NCBI GenBank assembly: GCA_051744845.1
Contig: JBNJDJ010000002.1
Location: 8,319-72,318 of the forward strand
DNA length: 64,000 bases
Direction of reading: 5' to 3'
Source: Bacillota bacterium
Lineage (GTDB): Bacteria; Bacillota; Clostridia; Peptostreptococcales; Acidaminobacteraceae
Below, piece by piece: positions 38,557 through 47,939 of the stretch. Numbering within the stretch: the stretch's first letter is position 1; every line of letters starts with the position of its first letter. The position numbers were made by a program, and so were the translations under genes. The notes beneath the pieces were generated by a model. The model was not told the origin of the DNA and searched no databases. It saw only the letters and a program-made list of their open reading frames with translations.

Positions 38557-39327
38557 CTAATATCCTAATACTGAATATCCACAATCTACATGTATATTTT
38601 CTCCTGTAACACCACTAGATAAATCACTTAATAAATAAAGTCCAGTATTTCCTAAGTCTTCATGATTAATCAAACGTCCCATAGGAGCTTTCTTTTTGAA
38701 TGCATTTAACAATTTATTAAAATCTCCAACACCTTTACCTGATAATGTCTTTACAGGACCAGCAGAAATAGCATTAACTCTAACATTTTCTTCTCCTAAG
38801 TCATGAGCTAAATACTTGACGCTAGCCTCTAGTGAAGCTTTAGCAACCCCCATAACATTATAATTTTTTATAACTCTTTCGCCACCAATATATGTAAGAC
38901 AGACTATTTTACCTCCGTCTTCCATTAACTCTTTAGCATATTTAGTTGCTTTTACAAAAGAATATGCACTAATATTTTGAGATAATATAAAACCTTCTCT
39001 TGATGTATCGTAATATTTTCCTGCCAATTCTTCCTTTTTAGCTAAAGCGACAGAATGCAACAATCCATCAATTTTAGGATGCTTATCTTTTATTATTTCA
39101 AAAGCTCGATCATAATCTTCGTCTTTTGAAACATCTAATTTTACTAAGTCATACTTATCATAATTTTGTTTTTTCATTAATTTTTCTATTGCTTTCTTAT
39201 TTCTATCCATATGGTAAGTAAATATAATATATGCATCATTTTCAATTAATTTTTTTGAAATGGCCCAGGCAATACTCCATTTATTTGCAACTCCCATTAC
39301 TATCATTTTATTGTTCTCTACTAACAT
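38557..39327 (-). CDS. fabI: Enoyl-[acyl-carrier-protein] reductase (NADH) FabI
   Basis: GVANKWSIAW dinucleotide region and Y-x6-K in YNVMGVAKASLE. AGGAGGA SD precedes the start. Confidence 0.85.
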   Translation of the reverse strand: MLVENNKMIVMGVANKWSIAWAISKKLIENDAYIIFTYHMDRNKKAIEKLMKKQNYDKYDLVKLDVSKDEDYDRAFEIIKDKHPKIDGLLHSVALAKKEELAGKYYDTSREGFILSQNISAYSFVKATKYAKELMEDGGKIVCLTYIGGERVIKNYNVMGVAKASLEASVKYLAHDLGEENVRVNAISAGPVKTLSGKGVGDFNKLLNAFKKKAPMGRLINHEDLGNTGLYLLSDLSSGVTGENIHVDCGYSVLGY

Positions 39328-39427
39328 AATTTCCTCCTATTTTAACGTAAGCTATTAATACCTGGTATAAATTATACAATATATAAATGGATTTTTCAAG
39401 TTTATACAAATTTAATAATTAACAAAT

Positions 39428-39895
39428 TTATAGCATTAAATTAGGTAGGTTTGCATTAAACTGTTTATTTAAAACAAGTCTTAAGTGTTTCCTTTCTTCT
39501 TCTATAATATTTTCTACTAAATCTTTATCAATATCATCAAATATTCTTAATATTTCTGAATATAAAATTATCCCATCTTTTTCGACTTTTTCAGCTAGTA
39601 CTAGAGCATCTTCTTTTACAAAATTTTCTTTAGCATTAAATCCTTTAAATGAATCTTTTTTCATTAATTGATTTAAAACATTATAATCTTCTTCTGATAT
39701 TTTAAAAACACCTTTTAAATTTTCAGCCATATTTTCATACATTTCTTTATGCTTAAGTTCATCTTTTGATAAATTCTCAAAAACTCTTTGAGATTTACCT
39801 TTAGTATTTTCACTCATCTTTTGATATAAATCAGCTACTTTTTGTTCAGTTTCTGAAACAAATTTAATTAATTCATCTGCTTTAAATTCTTTCAT
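39428..39895 (-). CDS. Ferritin-like / rubrerythrin-like di-iron four-helix-bundle protein (no rubredoxin domain)
   Basis: Two E-x-x-H motifs (DELKHKEMY, EERKHLRL) plus upstream Glu-containing helices. AAGGAGGA precedes the ATG at 39895 (ORF track gives 39931). Confidence 0.5.
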   Translation of the reverse strand: MKEFKADELIKFVSETEQKVADLYQKMSENTKGKSQRVFENLSKDELKHKEMYENMAENLKGVFKISEEDYNVLNQLMKKDSFKGFNAKENFVKEDALVLAEKVEKDGIILYSEILRIFDDIDKDLVENIIEEERKHLRLVLNKQFNANLPNLML

Positions 39896-40030
39896 TTTTC
39901 CTCCTTTAAATTTTGTTATATTTATCATCACTTTATTTAATTTACCCTACTTATTATAAAAATAAACAATAATTAATATTTTATAGATATTTATCAAAAT
40001 TTTGGGTAAAATAAAATAGGAGGTAATTTT

Positions 40031-41092
40031 ATGAATATACTATTAAATAAAACCTTGACATTAATTATGTCATTAATACTTTTTGTTATATCTTTTTTCA
40101 TAGTAAAGGAATTTATTATTATAATAATACCATTTTATATAGGTTATTTAATTTCTAAGTTATTTATTCCAATTATAAATAAATTAAAAATAAAAAATAA
40201 ATATATTAAATCAATTACTATATTTTTATTAATTTTAATATTTATATCTTTTTTTACCTTTTTGTTTTTCAAATTAGGACAAAGCAGTATTAAATTTTTT
40301 TCTGATTTAGTTAAAAATAGCGAAAATATTCAAAATTATATAATAAATTTATATCATGATCTTAGCTTTAAATCTATAGATATACCTATTATAAAAATTC
40401 CTTTAAATTTAAGCACTATAATTGAAAAGTCAATAAATCAATTATTTACTTTTATTTCTAATCAAAGTAAAAATATTATTGATTTTAGTGTAAAAACAAT
40501 TGGTTTATTTCCACAAATTTTAATGATTGTTATTATTACATTTATTTCAGCATTTTTCTTTACTAAGGATTATTCATTAATAAATAAAGTTTATAAAGAA
40601 AAAGTTAAACCAACTTCGAAGCATTTATTCGAAAATAAATATTTTTTATTAATCAAAAATAAATTACTATATGTGATTTTAGGATATATTAAAGCTCAAG
40701 CTATTTTAATGAGTATTACTTTTACTATTACAACAATAGGTTTATTTATTTTAAAAATTGAAAATTTCTTATTAAAGGCTTTTATAATTAGTTTTTTAGA
40801 TGCTTTACCAATCTTTGGAACAGCTATAATTTTAATCCCTTGGGTAATTTATCAAATTATAACGAAAGATTTCTTTTTAGCTATAGGTTTATTTATTTTA
40901 TATTCAATATTAACTATAACTAGACAAAGCCTTGAACCTCAAATATTTGGGAATCAAATCGGACTTTACCCTCTAATTACTTTATTTTCTATATATGGAG
41001 GACTAAAAATAATAGGTTTTTGGGGAATCTTTTTAGGACCTTTAATTGCTATAAGCATTAAAGCTATAATCGAAAATAAAGACGAACTTTAA
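40031..41092 (+). CDS. AI-2E/PerM-family membrane protein (YtvI-like)
   Basis: 353 aa, about 8 TM segments, with the conserved C-terminal region LEPQIFGNQIGLYPLITL. Confidence 0.7.
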   Translation: MNILLNKTLTLIMSLILFVISFFIVKEFIIIIIPFYIGYLISKLFIPIINKLKIKNKYIKSITIFLLILIFISFFTFLFFKLGQSSIKFFSDLVKNSENIQNYIINLYHDLSFKSIDIPIIKIPLNLSTIIEKSINQLFTFISNQSKNIIDFSVKTIGLFPQILMIVIITFISAFFFTKDYSLINKVYKEKVKPTSKHLFENKYFLLIKNKLLYVILGYIKAQAILMSITFTITTIGLFILKIENFLLKAFIISFLDALPIFGTAIILIPWVIYQIITKDFFLAIGLFILYSILTITRQSLEPQIFGNQIGLYPLITLFSIYGGLKIIGFWGIFLGPLIAISIKAIIENKDEL

Positions 41093-41183
41093 TTTATAAT
41101 TTTTTTATAATGTTTTTTAATATAAATTACCTTCTTTCACTGCTATATTAAGTTTATTTACTATCTTTTTTAACATTTTTTTC

Positions 41184-41212
41184 TTTACTTTAACAACTCT
41201 TATTGTTATAAT
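41184..41212 (+). promoter_or_regulatory. Putative glutamine synthetase promoter overlapped by an inverted repeat
   Basis: TTTACT, 17-nt spacer, then TGtTATAAT (41204-41212). The inverted repeat TAACAA-N6-TTGTTA (41191-41208) overlaps the spacer and -10. Confidence 0.35.
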
Positions 41213-41256
41213 TATTCATAATTAAAATTCAATCTAAAAGAATTAGGAGGAAAGAA

Positions 41257-43137
41257 ATGTTTAAAAAGTTTATCGACCCTACAAAATCTACAGTAAAAGA
41301 GTTAAAAGAAATGCTAAAATCTATGGATGCAGTCAAATTTATTTCATTAAGTGGAGTAGATCTTGGAAATCATTCTACTGATGAAAAAATCCCTAAATCC
41401 TATGTACTCGATGATTTCGATACTTTTTTAAAAGATGGAATTCAAACTGATGGATCAAGTGTATTTTTACCTATAATTGCTGAGTTAAATAACGCAAAGG
41501 TAGATATTATACCTGATACTAAAGTAAAATGGTTTATTGATTATAATTGTAATAACAATGATGAATTAGTTGGTACTTTAGATATACCTTCTTTTTTAAA
41601 ACATGAAAACAAATATGTTGGCTCAAGATCTATTTTAAAAAATACATCTGACTATATTAAAAAAGAGACTATTAATTTATTAAAAAAACCTAATGCTCTA
41701 GAAAGTTTACCTATAGAATCAGTTGATGAAATTGAAGATGTAGTATTAACCTCTGCAACTGAATTAGAATTTTGGGTAAACACACCAAACCACGAAACAA
41801 ATATTGAAAAATTAAATGCTAGTCAAGAATTAAAAGAACATTATTGGAAAAGAACTGTTGGGCAAGTAAGAACTGCTTTAGAAAACTCATTAATTAAACT
41901 TGATGAATCTGGTTTTATTACTGAAATGGCTCATAAAGAAGTTGGTGGAGTTAAATCTAAACTTAATGGAACAAACGAACATACTGGTATTATGGAACAA
42001 TTAGAAATTGACTGGGAATATGATTTTGCCCTTCAATCTTCTGATAATGAAATGTATGCTAAAAATATAATCAAAGATACTTTTGAATCTGAAGGACTTG
42101 AGGTTACATTTAAGGCTAAACCAATAGATGAAGTAGCTGGTAGCGGTGAACATACTCATGTTAGTTTATCATTAAAATTAAAAAATGGTGATTATGTAAA
42201 TATATTTTCTCATAAAAATCACAAAAAAAATTACATGTCTAGTTTTGGTTGGGGAGCTTTATATGGTTTAATAAAAAACTATGATATTGTAAATCCTTTT
42301 GTTACTTCAACAAATAATGCATTTAAAAGATTAACTCCAGGATTTGAAGCACCTGTATCAACTGTTGCTTCAATTGGAAAAGCTCCAGAAATACCATCTA
42401 GAAATAGAACTGTATTAACTGGCTTAATTAGAGACTTAAATAATCCTTTAGCTACAAGATTTGAACTTAGGTCTCCTAATCCTGAAACAAATACTTATTT
42501 AGCAACATCTGCAATTTATTTAGCTATGTTAGATGGCATAAAATATGCAATTAATAATAAGAAAACATCTAAAGAATTACATGATAATTTTATAAAAAAA
42601 GAAAATACTGAGAAATTTTATTTAAAAAATGATAGGTTGTACTGTTCAGAATTAGATGTTTTTGATGATTATACTGAAACAGAAAGAAATAATCTATTTG
42701 GCAAACCTCCTAGTACTGTCTATGAAAATTTAATTAATTTAAGTAATAGCCCTAATTCAGATATATTATATCAAGGAGATATTTTATCTGATACATTAAT
42801 AAACTCTTATAAAGAGTCTATGTTAGAAAAATGGACAAAAGAATTAGAGTTTAGATTAAGAGAAAATGTCTTAACTACTGTAAGAGCTTGCAAGAAACTA
42901 CACGAAAATGAAACATTAACAGATCTTGATGTAGTTAATTGGGAAAAAGTGAATTCTTTAAGACATGAACTTGCTAAAGATAGTATGGGGGAAAAATCTT
43001 TACTTACTAATTTATTAGAAAAAATAAAATCTAACGAATTAGCTAAAGCTTCAGATTTACAAATTGAGATTAATAAAAAAGTTAAATTATTAAATAAATT
43101 ATATAATAATTACAAAAAAAATTTAATAAACCTATAA
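41257..43137 (+). CDS. Glutamine synthetase, long (626 aa) non-type-I form (type III-like)
   Basis: GS catalytic motifs are TELEFWV, AHKEVGG, GSGEHTHVSL, NAFKRLTPGFEAP and RFELRSPNPETNTYL. Length and N-terminus differ from 440-470-aa GSI. Confidence 0.8.
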   Translation: MFKKFIDPTKSTVKELKEMLKSMDAVKFISLSGVDLGNHSTDEKIPKSYVLDDFDTFLKDGIQTDGSSVFLPIIAELNNAKVDIIPDTKVKWFIDYNCNNNDELVGTLDIPSFLKHENKYVGSRSILKNTSDYIKKETINLLKKPNALESLPIESVDEIEDVVLTSATELEFWVNTPNHETNIEKLNASQELKEHYWKRTVGQVRTALENSLIKLDESGFITEMAHKEVGGVKSKLNGTNEHTGIMEQLEIDWEYDFALQSSDNEMYAKNIIKDTFESEGLEVTFKAKPIDEVAGSGEHTHVSLSLKLKNGDYVNIFSHKNHKKNYMSSFGWGALYGLIKNYDIVNPFVTSTNNAFKRLTPGFEAPVSTVASIGKAPEIPSRNRTVLTGLIRDLNNPLATRFELRSPNPETNTYLATSAIYLAMLDGIKYAINNKKTSKELHDNFIKKENTEKFYLKNDRLYCSELDVFDDYTETERNNLFGKPPSTVYENLINLSNSPNSDILYQGDILSDTLINSYKESMLEKWTKELEFRLRENVLTTVRACKKLHENETLTDLDVVNWEKVNSLRHELAKDSMGEKSLLTNLLEKIKSNELAKASDLQIEINKKVKLLNKLYNNYKKNLINL

Positions 43138-43148
43138 TTTAACATTTC

Positions 43149-43185
43149 AAATAGCCAAAAATTAATTTTTGGCTATTTATTTTAT
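43149..43185 (+). terminator. Rho-independent terminator of the glutamine synthetase gene
   Basis: Long palindrome AAATAGCCAAAAATT / AATTTTTGGCTATTT, followed by a T-rich tail. Confidence 0.75.
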
Positions 43186-43276
43186 TAAATAAGTACAAAT
43201 CTTTAATTTATTTATATACTTTTTTATTAATTCATTTATAATATATATATAAGATTAAATTAAAGAAAGGATATTT

Positions 43277-44272
43277 ATGAATATAAAAAGTCTTCCCAAA
43301 ATAGATTTGCACTCTCATCTCGATGGTTCAATAGATCCTAAAACAATTTTTGAACTAAGTAAAAAAGATAATATTAAAATTCCAACTGATTCATTTGATT
43401 CTTTTAAAGAATATGTTAAAGTTTCTAATGATTGTGATTCATTAAAAACATATTTAAAAAAATTTATTTATCCTATAAATATTATGCAAACTAAAACTAA
43501 TTTAGAAAAAGTCTCATATGAATATGTTTTAAATCTAAGTAACGATAATATAAAATATGCTGAAGTAAGATTTGCACCATTTTTACATACAAAAAACAAC
43601 CTTAAAATAGAAGAAATAATTTCTTCAGTTATTAAAGGATTAAAAAGAGGATATGACGATACTGGAATAACTGTAAATATAATAATATGTGCTATGAGAA
43701 GTATGTCTAATAAAAAAGCTTTAGTCCTATTTGAAAAGGCAAAAAAATTTTTAGGTTATGGAGTAGTTGGAGTGGATTTAGCTGGAAATGAACAAGACTA
43801 TCCACCAGAAATATATACAGAAGCTTTTAAAAAAGCTAAAAAAATAGGATATAATATAACAATTCATGCTGGTGAAACAGGAAAATATAAAAATATTGAA
43901 ACAGCTATAAATAAATTAAATGCATCTCGTATCGGTCATGGAATTAGTGCTATAAAAAGTCAAAAAACTATAGATTTAATAAAAGAAAAAAATATTACTT
44001 TAGAAATCTGTCCTACTAGTAATATACAAACTAAAGCAATAGAATCTTATAAAAATCATCCATTTTATGATTTTTATAAAAAAGGAGTTAATGTTGTTTT
44101 AAATACTGATAACTCAACAGTTTCAAATACTACAATGAATAAAGAATATGAAATTATGGTTAATACTTTTAACCTAAAAAAAGAAGACTTAATGAATATT
44201 CACAAAAATTCCATTAAATCTTCTTTTGCTAGTAATACTTTGAAAACTAAATTACTAGATAATTTAAATTAA
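43277..44272 (+). CDS. add: Adenosine deaminase
   Basis: DLHSHLDGS, VGVDLAGNE, ITIHAGE, RIGHG and LNTDN metal and active-site motifs. Confidence 0.85.
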   Translation: MNIKSLPKIDLHSHLDGSIDPKTIFELSKKDNIKIPTDSFDSFKEYVKVSNDCDSLKTYLKKFIYPINIMQTKTNLEKVSYEYVLNLSNDNIKYAEVRFAPFLHTKNNLKIEEIISSVIKGLKRGYDDTGITVNIIICAMRSMSNKKALVLFEKAKKFLGYGVVGVDLAGNEQDYPPEIYTEAFKKAKKIGYNITIHAGETGKYKNIETAINKLNASRIGHGISAIKSQKTIDLIKEKNITLEICPTSNIQTKAIESYKNHPFYDFYKKGVNVVLNTDNSTVSNTTMNKEYEIMVNTFNLKKEDLMNIHKNSIKSSFASNTLKTKLLDNLN

Positions 44273-45546
44273 GAAACTACTCCTCTTTTATTTTCAAATT
44301 TTGTATAATATTTTGAATCCATTATTTCCTTTAAAGTAATTACCATTTTATAAACTTCAAAATAAGAAATATATAAAGGAACTGGTGCTAATCGGATAAT
44401 ATTAGGTCTTCTATAGTCTGGTATTATCCCTTTATCTTTTAAAGCTTCATTAATTCTTGCAGCTTCTTTATGTTTTATAGCAACATGTCCCCCTCTTTTA
44501 TCTGGATTCTCAGGTGTTATAATTTGAAAATTATATTCATTTAAATATTCATTTATTAAATACATCAAATAACTAGTAATTCTTTTAGATTTTTGATGTA
44601 TATTTTCAATACCTATTTCATTAAAAATATTTAAAGATCCTTCTAAAGGAGCCATACTTAATAAATTTGGAGTCCCTACCTCTAAAACTTTGGCATTCTT
44701 GCTAGGTGTTAAACTATTTTCTAAATCAAATTGTTTTTTTCTATTTGATCCAAACCATCCTGCCAAACCAGGTTTTATCCCAAAGTGTCTTTGATTTAAA
44801 TACAGCCCTGCGGCTCCACCTGGTCCACTATTTAAATATTTATAAGTTGACCACATAGCAAAATCTACATTATTTTCAGAAAGTTTATGATTTACCAAAC
44901 CAGCTGAATGACTACAATCAAAACCTATAATTATATCTTTTTTATGAGCTTCTTTAGTTAATCTTTCAATATCTAATAATTGACCGCTTCTATAAAGTAC
45001 ACTAGGTAATAATGCCAAATAAACATCATCTGTAAAAGAATCAATTATTTTTTGTTCATCTATTAAGTTTCCATCATCACTTTTTACAATTTTTAAATAT
45101 TTATCAGGACTATAACCTTTTGTATTTAAAAAACTTTTAATAGCATAATAATCAGTTGGAAAATTTAAATTTTCAACTAGTATTTTATCTTTGCCTTTTT
45201 TAGGTTTATATAACGAACTAATTAAACAATGAATATTTAATGTAGTAGATGAATGAATAGTAATTTCATCCTTTTTAGCCCCCATTATCGGTGCCATTTT
45301 TTCTGATAATTTTTCACTATAAAAAAACCAAGGTTTTTTAGCATCCGTCCAGCCAGATATTTTTAACTCTCTCCATTCATTTAAAACTCTTTTAATAGTT
45401 TTTTCAGATTCTTCTGACATTAATCCAAGTGAATTACCATCCATATAGATTTCATCTTCACTAGTATAAAACTTATTTTTATTTCTTATTACCCTATCAC
45501 TTTTGTCCATTTCCTTTGCAAATTCTTTTGTTTTTTTAAATTCCAT
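44269..45546 (-). CDS. kynU: Kynureninase
   Basis: It aligns by eye with Pseudomonas KynU: IYMDGNSLG, NFPTDYY, HSAG and the PLP-Lys motif STYKYLNSGPGG, then GWFG and a RGGHV...IIRLAPVPLY tail. Confidence 0.8.
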   Translation of the reverse strand: MEFKKTKEFAKEMDKSDRVIRNKNKFYTSEDEIYMDGNSLGLMSEESEKTIKRVLNEWRELKISGWTDAKKPWFFYSEKLSEKMAPIMGAKKDEITIHSSTTLNIHCLISSLYKPKKGKDKILVENLNFPTDYYAIKSFLNTKGYSPDKYLKIVKSDDGNLIDEQKIIDSFTDDVYLALLPSVLYRSGQLLDIERLTKEAHKKDIIIGFDCSHSAGLVNHKLSENNVDFAMWSTYKYLNSGPGGAAGLYLNQRHFGIKPGLAGWFGSNRKKQFDLENSLTPSKNAKVLEVGTPNLLSMAPLEGSLNIFNEIGIENIHQKSKRITSYLMYLINEYLNEYNFQIITPENPDKRGGHVAIKHKEAARINEALKDKGIIPDYRRPNIIRLAPVPLYISYFEVYKMVITLKEIMDSKYYTKFENKRGVVS

Positions 45547-45558
45547 ATCTCCTCCTTT

Positions 45559-45576
45559 TATTTAGCTTGCTAAATA
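45559..45576. promoter_or_regulatory. 8-2-8 palindrome TATTTAGC-TT-GCTAAATA between marR and kynU (candidate MarR operator)
   Basis: Perfect 8-bp arms lie 13-30 nt upstream of the kynU ATG. A 2-nt centre is too short for an RNA hairpin loop. The half-site TTTAGC recurs at 46013-46018 between the marR SD and ATG. Confidence 0.4.
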
Positions 45577-45590
45577 TCAAACTAAAAAAT

Positions 45591-46010
45591 TTATAATTTT
45601 TTATTCATATCTCTTAAATATTTTAACATAATTTTTCTTTTATCTTTTGGAATATGATTAGTAGTTTCCTTTTCAAAATTTAAAATTTCTTCCCATACAT
45701 TTTTATAAATTTTTCTTCCTTTTTCAGTTAAAATAATTTTTTTAATTCGCTTATCTTTTGAATCTAATCTTTTTTCAACAAAACCTTTTTTTGCTAACTT
45801 TTTTATACTAGAACTTAATGTAGAAGGTTTTACTATTATATATTTTAAAATTTCTTTTTGAGAAAGCTCTCCTTTCTTAAAAAGAGTATTTATAACGCGA
45901 AATTGAGCATAACATAGATTATAACTCTTTAACCTTTTATTTAACTCTATAGTCGTTTTTCGAGCTATTTCTTGAATATAAAATCCTAAGTGCTTACTAA
46001 AATCACCCAT
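45591..46010 (-). CDS. MarR-family transcriptional regulator
   Basis: 139 aa with a winged-HTH pattern (LSQKEILKYIIVKPSTLSSSIKKLAKKGFVEKRLDSKDKR). The extended -10 TGATATAAT (complement of 46030-46038) lies just upstream. Confidence 0.8.
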   Translation of the reverse strand: MGDFSKHLGFYIQEIARKTTIELNKRLKSYNLCYAQFRVINTLFKKGELSQKEILKYIIVKPSTLSSSIKKLAKKGFVEKRLDSKDKRIKKIILTEKGRKIYKNVWEEILNFEKETTNHIPKDKRKIMLKYLRDMNKKL

Positions 46011-46050
46011 TGTTTAGCCTCCTAATTAAATTATATCATAAATAAAATTT

Positions 46051-47115
46051 TTATAAAGTACTTTTTAAAACTGATTGACTTTTAAAATTCTCCATTGCCA
46101 AATTAATTAATTCATCAATTAAATTACTATAAGACATTCCTTCATATATCCATAACTTTGGATACATACTTATTTCAGTAAAACCAGGTAATGTATTTAC
46201 TTCGTTTACAATAATTCGTTTATCTGTTACAAAAAAATCAATTCTAACAAGACCTTTTAACTCTAAAATTTTTGCTGTCTTTAAAGCAATTTTTTTGATT
46301 TTTTGAATATCTTTTTTAGATAGATTTGCAGGAATATTCAATTCAGTTGCTAATTTATCTATATATTTAGCTTCATAAGAATAAAAATCACTTTTAGAAA
46401 CTATTTCACCTGGAATAGATACATCTAATTTATCATTCCCTTTAACTGAACATTCTATTTCTCTCCCATCAATAAATTCTTCGATTATAATTTTTCTATC
46501 ATACAAAAAAGCATCATCCAAAGCTTTTTTAAATTCTTTTTGATTATTAACTTTAGAAATACCTATTGATGAACCTAAATTAGCAGGTTTTACAAAAAAA
46601 GGAAGGCCTAGTTTATCTTTAACAGTTTTAAAATTAACTTTTTTTCCTTTTTTACATGTTATATAATCTGATATATCAATATTTTCATCTCTAAGTAATC
46701 TTTTCATAATATCTTTATCCATACCTAATGCTGATCCTATCACTTCTGATCCTACATAAGGTATATTTAAAAGCTTAAGAAATCCTTGTAATGAACCATC
46801 TTCACCAAATGGACCGTGTATAATTGGAAAAATAACATCTAAAGAAGGTAAATATTTATTCTTATCTAAATTTAAAATATTTTTATCAAAACTTCCTAGT
46901 TTAAATGCCAAAGACTCTTTATTTTTAATTAAAATATTATCATTTTTAATTTCAAAATTACATTTAAAAAAGTTTCCCTCTTTACTTACCCAAATTAAGT
47001 AAATATCATATTTTTCTTTATCTATTGCTTTATAAATACTTGCTGCTGACTTAAGCGATACTTCATGTTCTGCTGATTTACCTCCAAATATTAGACCTAA
47101 ATTTATTTTTTTCAA
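46051..47115 (-). CDS. ddl: D-alanine--D-alanine ligase
   Basis: GGKSAEHEVSL, the ATP-grasp domain, the omega-loop SDFYSYEAKY (Lys-Tyr as in DdlB K215/Y216) and NEVNTLPGFT. ORF track gives 47127 (ATG with no SD); GGAGG lies inside those codons, 4 nt before the TTG at 47115. Confidence 0.85.
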   Translation of the reverse strand: MKKINLGLIFGGKSAEHEVSLKSAASIYKAIDKEKYDIYLIWVSKEGNFFKCNFEIKNDNILIKNKESLAFKLGSFDKNILNLDKNKYLPSLDVIFPIIHGPFGEDGSLQGFLKLLNIPYVGSEVIGSALGMDKDIMKRLLRDENIDISDYITCKKGKKVNFKTVKDKLGLPFFVKPANLGSSIGISKVNNQKEFKKALDDAFLYDRKIIIEEFIDGREIECSVKGNDKLDVSIPGEIVSKSDFYSYEAKYIDKLATELNIPANLSKKDIQKIKKIALKTAKILELKGLVRIDFFVTDKRIIVNEVNTLPGFTEISMYPKLWIYEGMSYSNLIDELINLAMENFKSQSVLKSTL

Positions 47116-47127
47116 ACTTACCTCCAT

Positions 47128-47796
47128 TTAACAATCAAATATATAACCCTTACCACGAACTGACTTTATATATTTTTTTCCATTATCTTCTAATTTTTTT
47201 CTTAACCTCATAATATTTGTATTAACAGTATTTAATCCATAATACTTACTTTCCCATACATTTTCTAAAATTTCTTCTCTTGATACAACTTGTTTTCTAT
47301 TAATTATTAAATAAATTAATAACTCGTATTCTTTATTAGATAAATTTGTTCTTTTTCCATTTTTATATACTCTTTTAGATATATTATCTATTTCTAAATC
47401 TCCTATGCTAGTCTTATCAATAACTTGATGATCATATTTTCTATATCTTCTTAAATGAGCTTTAACTCTAGCTACTAATTCTATTGGATCAAATGGTTTA
47501 GTAATATAATCATCAGCCCCGGCTTCTAAACCTTGTGCTTTTTTATCAACATTAGTTTTTGCACTTAAAAAAATGATAGGAATATTATATTTTTCTCTAA
47601 TTTTTTTACAAATTTCAATACCATCTTTTTTATCTAAACCAATATCTAAAATTACTAAATCAATTTTATCACTCATTTTTTCTAAGGCTTGATCATAAGT
47701 ATAACTTTTTATAACTTGATACTCTTCTTTGTATAAAAACTCAGAAATCATTTCTACAATTTGTTTTTCATCATCTAAAACTAAAATTTTATCCAT
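47128..47796 (-). CDS. OmpR-family response regulator
   Basis: Receiver features are LVLDDE, LVILDIGLD and ITKPF. The winged helix is IMRLRKKL...IKSVRGKGYIF. Its TAA stop directly abuts the first in-frame ATG of the ddl ORF. Confidence 0.85.
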   Translation of the reverse strand: MDKILVLDDEKQIVEMISEFLYKEEYQVIKSYTYDQALEKMSDKIDLVILDIGLDKKDGIEICKKIREKYNIPIIFLSAKTNVDKKAQGLEAGADDYITKPFDPIELVARVKAHLRRYRKYDHQVIDKTSIGDLEIDNISKRVYKNGKRTNLSNKEYELLIYLIINRKQVVSREEILENVWESKYYGLNTVNTNIMRLRKKLEDNGKKYIKSVRGKGYIFDC

Positions 47797-47939
47797 TTTA
47801 CTCCCTTCTATTTATATTATATTGAATTTTAAGTATTTTTTAAATAGTTTTTTTAAAATAATAAATATTATAAATGAAAACTTCAAATTTTTTAGTTATT
47901 CATATATAATATTTAACGAATTGTATCTAAGGGGGATTT

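Noticed and set aside
41191-41208. GlnR/TnrA box upstream of the glutamine synthetase gene
   Set aside because: The consensus is TGTNA-N7-TNACA. Here the half-sites are in the opposite order (TAACA..TGTTA) with different spacing.
45559-45576. The marR-kynU palindrome as a transcription terminator
   Set aside because: A 2-nt centre cannot form a hairpin loop, and no U-tract follows. I interpret it as a candidate protein operator instead.
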